A stretch of DNA of 64,000 nucleotides from a virus. Taxonomy: Duplodnaviria > Caudoviricetes. Made by a program: the position numbers and the translations under genes. Where the stretch lies: the IMG/VR virus record IMGVR_UViG_650627003_000001, positions 64,001 through 128,000 of that record. One strand, written 5' to 3'. This document shows positions 60,619-64,000 of this stretch, one piece after another; positions within the stretch are counted from its first letter, which is position 1; each line of letters starts with the position of its first letter. The notes beneath the pieces are model-generated. The model worked only from the letters and a program-made list of their open reading frames with translations, had not been told where the DNA came from and ran no database searches.

Positions 60619-61695
60619 ATGAAAGTAAAAGAAATTACAATAGCAAATATTGTACAGGCCGGTACTGATGTATCGGCCGGATACACTAATAAGCGTTCTG
60701 AACCTAAAACTATGATCGCCCAATATCCATCAGAGCGATCATCCGGTAACGATGCATCAGACATGCAAATTAGTGATCTTTATCGTAATGGTCTTTTGTT
60801 CACTGCTTATGATTATAAATCTCGTACTACTCCAGATATGCGTGGTATGCGCAAACGTGAACAAAATAAAGTAAAGGCCTTGTATGAACAGACTCGTACC
60901 CAATTTAACAGAATCACATCTGGGATAACAAGCGAATCTCCTAAAAAGTCAGTATCACAAGACCCAGTAGCTAATATTTTAATGCCACGATCTAAAAGTG
61001 ACTCAGAAAATATCAACCACAAATTTAATGACGTTGGTGATTCCTTAATTACTAAGGGTGGCGGTACAATGACTGGTGCTATTTCAAATATGGCATCAAC
61101 TGCTGTTTTTGGCGCTATTGAATCAATGACTCAAGGTTTATTGTCTGATAAAGGTGAACAAATTTATACTACAGCACGTAGTATGTACGCCGGACCAGAA
61201 AACAGAACTAAAGTTTATTCTTGGGAACTCACTCCAAGGACTATTGACGACTTAGTACAAATTATCAGAATCTATGAAATTTTTAATTTTTACTCTTATG
61301 GTATGACTGGAAATAGTCAATATGCTAAAGAGCTTAAGAGTCAAATCGATGAATGGTATAAAAAGACATTCATCAATAATTTAACTCCTGAAGGTTCTGA
61401 TCGAAGTGGCACAATGATGGAATCAGTAACGGCATTTTTAAGTAATGTAATTGTTGTTACAAATCCAACAGTTTGGTTCGTACGAAACTTTGGTAAAACT
61501 ACTAAATTTGATGGTCGACCTGACGTATTTGGGCCAGCTCAGATACAAAGTATTAGATTTGATAAAGCACCGGATGGTAACTTTAGAGGTTTATCAATTG
61601 CTCCAAATATGCCTTCTACATTTGTTCTTGAAGTGACTATGCGTGAGATTCTTACTTTAAGTCGTGGTACATTATATGGAGATGACACACTATGA
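60619..61695 (+). CDS. 48: baseplate tail tube cap gp48
   Basis: AQYP.ER.SGND, ANILMPRSKSD, FGP.QIQSIRFDK. Confidence 0.95.
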   Translation: MKVKEITIANIVQAGTDVSAGYTNKRSEPKTMIAQYPSERSSGNDASDMQISDLYRNGLLFTAYDYKSRTTPDMRGMRKREQNKVKALYEQTRTQFNRITSGITSESPKKSVSQDPVANILMPRSKSDSENINHKFNDVGDSLITKGGGTMTGAISNMASTAVFGAIESMTQGLLSDKGEQIYTTARSMYAGPENRTKVYSWELTPRTIDDLVQIIRIYEIFNFYSYGMTGNSQYAKELKSQIDEWYKKTFINNLTPEGSDRSGTMMESVTAFLSNVIVVTNPTVWFVRNFGKTTKFDGRPDVFGPAQIQSIRFDKAPDGNFRGLSIAPNMPSTFVLEVTMREILTLSRGTLYGDDTL

Positions 61696-62540
61696 GTTTT
61701 TCATTTGAAGAATTTGGACAAATTGTCAATCAAGATTTCCAACGCTCTAATATGTTTAGTGTAGTCTTTGCGACTACACCTCTCTCACGAGCTGATCAAT
61801 TAATGAGTCAATATTCAAATATATCGTATGTTGACGAATTGTCTAGTACAGAATTTAGCTGGGCTAGACCAGAGAGAAAACAATCATTAATTGATCGTTT
61901 AGGAATTAAATTACCTCGATTAAGTAAACAAAGCAATTCAACACAAGTGTCAAAATACTTAATAGGTGCAATGACAGAACGCGTTGTACAATCATTACTT
62001 GGCGAATTCAATGTTGGTACAAATCTATTAGAATTCTTTGATATGAATAATACAAAGGACTCTGGGTTATTAGCGTATGCTGTAAAATTGCCAGAGAATA
62101 GATTAAATCATGAAATGGACATCACACACAATGCACCATCAGTAAAAATCATTGGGCGAGAATTTGATGTTTTGACCATTTCGTTTAGAATGGCGCCTGA
62201 TGCACTAAATTACATCGCATTTAATGATTGGGTCAATTCTGTTGAAGATCCAGTTACAGGATTAAAAGCCTTACCTATTGACGTAGAGGCGGACATTCAG
62301 GTCAACTTACATAATAGACGTGGTCTTCCACACACAACTGCAATGTTATCAGGTTGTATACCTATTTCTGTTGGTTCACCTGATTTATCATATGAAAACG
62401 ATAATCAAATTACAACATTTGATGTGACATTTGCTTATCGTACTATGCAGATTGGACAAATCAAACAAGCTGATGCTGAAGCATGGGTGGCCACAGGTGG
62501 ATTTAATCCATTTGAAACACCAAATAGATTAACTATTTGA
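61692..62540 (+). CDS. 54: tail tube initiator gp54
   Basis: DFQR.NMFS.VFATTP, DVEADIQVNLH.R.GLPHT. Confidence 0.95.
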   Translation: MSFSFEEFGQIVNQDFQRSNMFSVVFATTPLSRADQLMSQYSNISYVDELSSTEFSWARPERKQSLIDRLGIKLPRLSKQSNSTQVSKYLIGAMTERVVQSLLGEFNVGTNLLEFFDMNNTKDSGLLAYAVKLPENRLNHEMDITHNAPSVKIIGREFDVLTISFRMAPDALNYIAFNDWVNSVEDPVTGLKALPIDVEADIQVNLHNRRGLPHTTAMLSGCIPISVGSPDLSYENDNQITTFDVTFAYRTMQIGQIKQADAEAWVATGGFNPFETPNRLTI

Positions 62541-62563
62541 TAAATAAGCTAAAGGAGCTTATT

Positions 62564-64000
62564 ATGAACGAATTTCAATTAGACGAAGTATTTGATGGTG
62601 AAGATAACCACATGTACCCAGTTGTAAACTTAAATCCAAAGCAACAGCCAGCACAAACATTTGGTATCACTGACGAAAACGACAATACTCTTGTTGTAAA
62701 ACTTGCTTCAGCGACTGAACTTGGCGAAAAAGTAGTAAACTTAAAACCAGCTGATAAATCATTACAAATTATTCTTTTTGGACTCTCCGATAAAGGTAAT
62801 TTTTCTGAATTAAAAAATGGTCTTGGGCAAGATCCAATTGCGACTATCTCTAGTATTATTTCTATTGTTTCGGCTGCTGCATCTAAACAACGATTTGAAA
62901 CTATTATGTTCCGATTCCCTGCAAAGAAAATGAAGGGTCGTGAAAAGCTAGTTCAACGTGTTATTAAACGTATCGCTGCTAAAAATTTTACACAATTTAC
63001 TACATTAGAAGAAATCGAAAATGTTTCTGCTAAGCATGCGTATGTCGTTCTTTATCGCAAAGCCACTGGGCTAGAATCTAAAGGTTTACCACAACCATCA
63101 GAGAAGCGATTTACAAAGGTAGAGACAAAGGTTGGTGAAACTCTAGTTGATAAAGATACTGGTAAAGAAGTTTCTAAAGCAGAAGCAATCGCATTGACAA
63201 TTAACGATAATGTTGAAAAGAAAGTAAACGACAAAGCAATGGCTTCTAAATTGCGTATGTCTCGTAAAGAAGTGTTAATGGCCCAGACTCGTGGTCGTAA
63301 TCTTCCGGTTGAACGTGCATCGATTAAACAACAAATTCGTTTAGATGATTATCTAATGAATCCGCCATTAGTATCTGCCATTGATAAAGACGTGCCAGAA
63401 GAAGTTAAAACATTCGAAAAAGTATTTCCTATGAATATAGGCTCATCTTTATATAGATCTTCGATTGGCGGTATTGACGTCAACGGGATAAATCTTGGCG
63501 ATGTAACTAAAAAGTTGAAGTTCTCAAAAGGCACTGATGGTTCATACGTGTTGTTTAGTATTGGTAGTTACTTTACAAAAGGTCTAGCCGAAGCATATTT
63601 ATCTACTGGTATGCGTGATGATGCAATTGGTGAGCATGTTTTTGATGCATTATCTAAAGTCATAGAAATCGTTAAAAGATCTAATTACGGCAAATCCACC
63701 GAGACATTAAAAGAAGTTGCCACTTTTGTTGATAGTCTTGCTATTATGAAGTCTGTTGATCCTAACACAAAAGCAAAAATGATAAATGCAATTATTAATG
63801 ATTGTTCTAGATCATTACAAAAGACATACCAAGCTAATTATAGCAATATTGTAAATGATACTCTTGACAAGAAAGAAGCTGAAGTTGTTCGTTCTTATTG
63901 TGGTAGTGGATATAAAGAGCTAAATCGATATTTGATGGGGCTTTTAGATTCAGCGCCAACCGCAAAAACTTTAAAGATGGTTGATCAAATGGATGACATC
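62564..64000 (+). CDS. alt: Alt-like ADP-ribosyltransferase, runs off the window end
   Basis: Not in the ORF track; AAGGAG RBS, ATG at 62564; segments read in frame: YPVVNLNPK, FTKVETKVGE..VDKDTG..VSK.EAIA, YCGSGYKELNRYL, resembling T4 Alt. Confidence 0.85.
   Translation, partial: MNEFQLDEVFDGEDNHMYPVVNLNPKQQPAQTFGITDENDNTLVVKLASATELGEKVVNLKPADKSLQIILFGLSDKGNFSELKNGLGQDPIATISSIISIVSAAASKQRFETIMFRFPAKKMKGREKLVQRVIKRIAAKNFTQFTTLEEIENVSAKHAYVVLYRKATGLESKGLPQPSEKRFTKVETKVGETLVDKDTGKEVSKAEAIALTINDNVEKKVNDKAMASKLRMSRKEVLMAQTRGRNLPVERASIKQQIRLDDYLMNPPLVSAIDKDVPEEVKTFEKVFPMNIGSSLYRSSIGGIDVNGINLGDVTKKLKFSKGTDGSYVLFSIGSYFTKGLAEAYLSTGMRDDAIGEHVFDALSKVIEIVKRSNYGKSTETLKEVATFVDSLAIMKSVDPNTKAKMINAIINDCSRSLQKTYQANYSNIVNDTLDKKEAEVVRSYCGSGYKELNRYLMGLLDSAPTAKTLKMVDQMDDI

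Overview
A 64-kb segment of a T4-like myophage genome (Straboviridae type). It is AT-rich, with T4-type early (GTTTAC...TAnnAT) and late (TATAAATA) promoters. The divergence pattern reminds me of Acinetobacter-infecting T4-like phages, but the host cannot be proven from this window. Bases 1-17.4 kb are a leftward early/accessory region. It holds hypothetical genes, nrdC.10 and nrdC.11 homologues, a YbiI/TraR-like zinc finger, rI, vs and vs.1, a short GIY-YIG nuclease, a GGQ-less release-factor domain, a lipoprotein, and a cluster of 6 tRNAs interleaved with structured non-coding spacers. Bases 17.5-64 kb carry the core virion module in T4 order: 57B/acb1, 57A, 1, 3, 2, 4, 53, 5, 5.1, 5.4, 6, 7, 8, a seg-like endonuclease, 9-12, wac, 13-20, 67, 68, 21-24, inh, uvsW, uvsY, 25, 26, 51, 27, 28, 29, 48, 54 and a partial alt. 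The most notable observations are: (1) the baseplate hub gp27 fused to a Tae3/CHAP-like Cys-His amidase, analogous to an evolved VgrG; (2) a stand-alone release-factor domain 3 with GGQ replaced; (3) a compact pseudoknotted RNA abutting tRNA-Thr, plus other structured spacers and a tRNA-like element; (4) a tRNA-Ile2 with coordinated non-canonical D/T-loop bases; (5) an operon of exported proteins; (6) repeated early-promoter cassettes; (7) an orphan middle promoter that may be a replication origin. All homology calls come from recalled sequence motifs and synteny, not from database searches.
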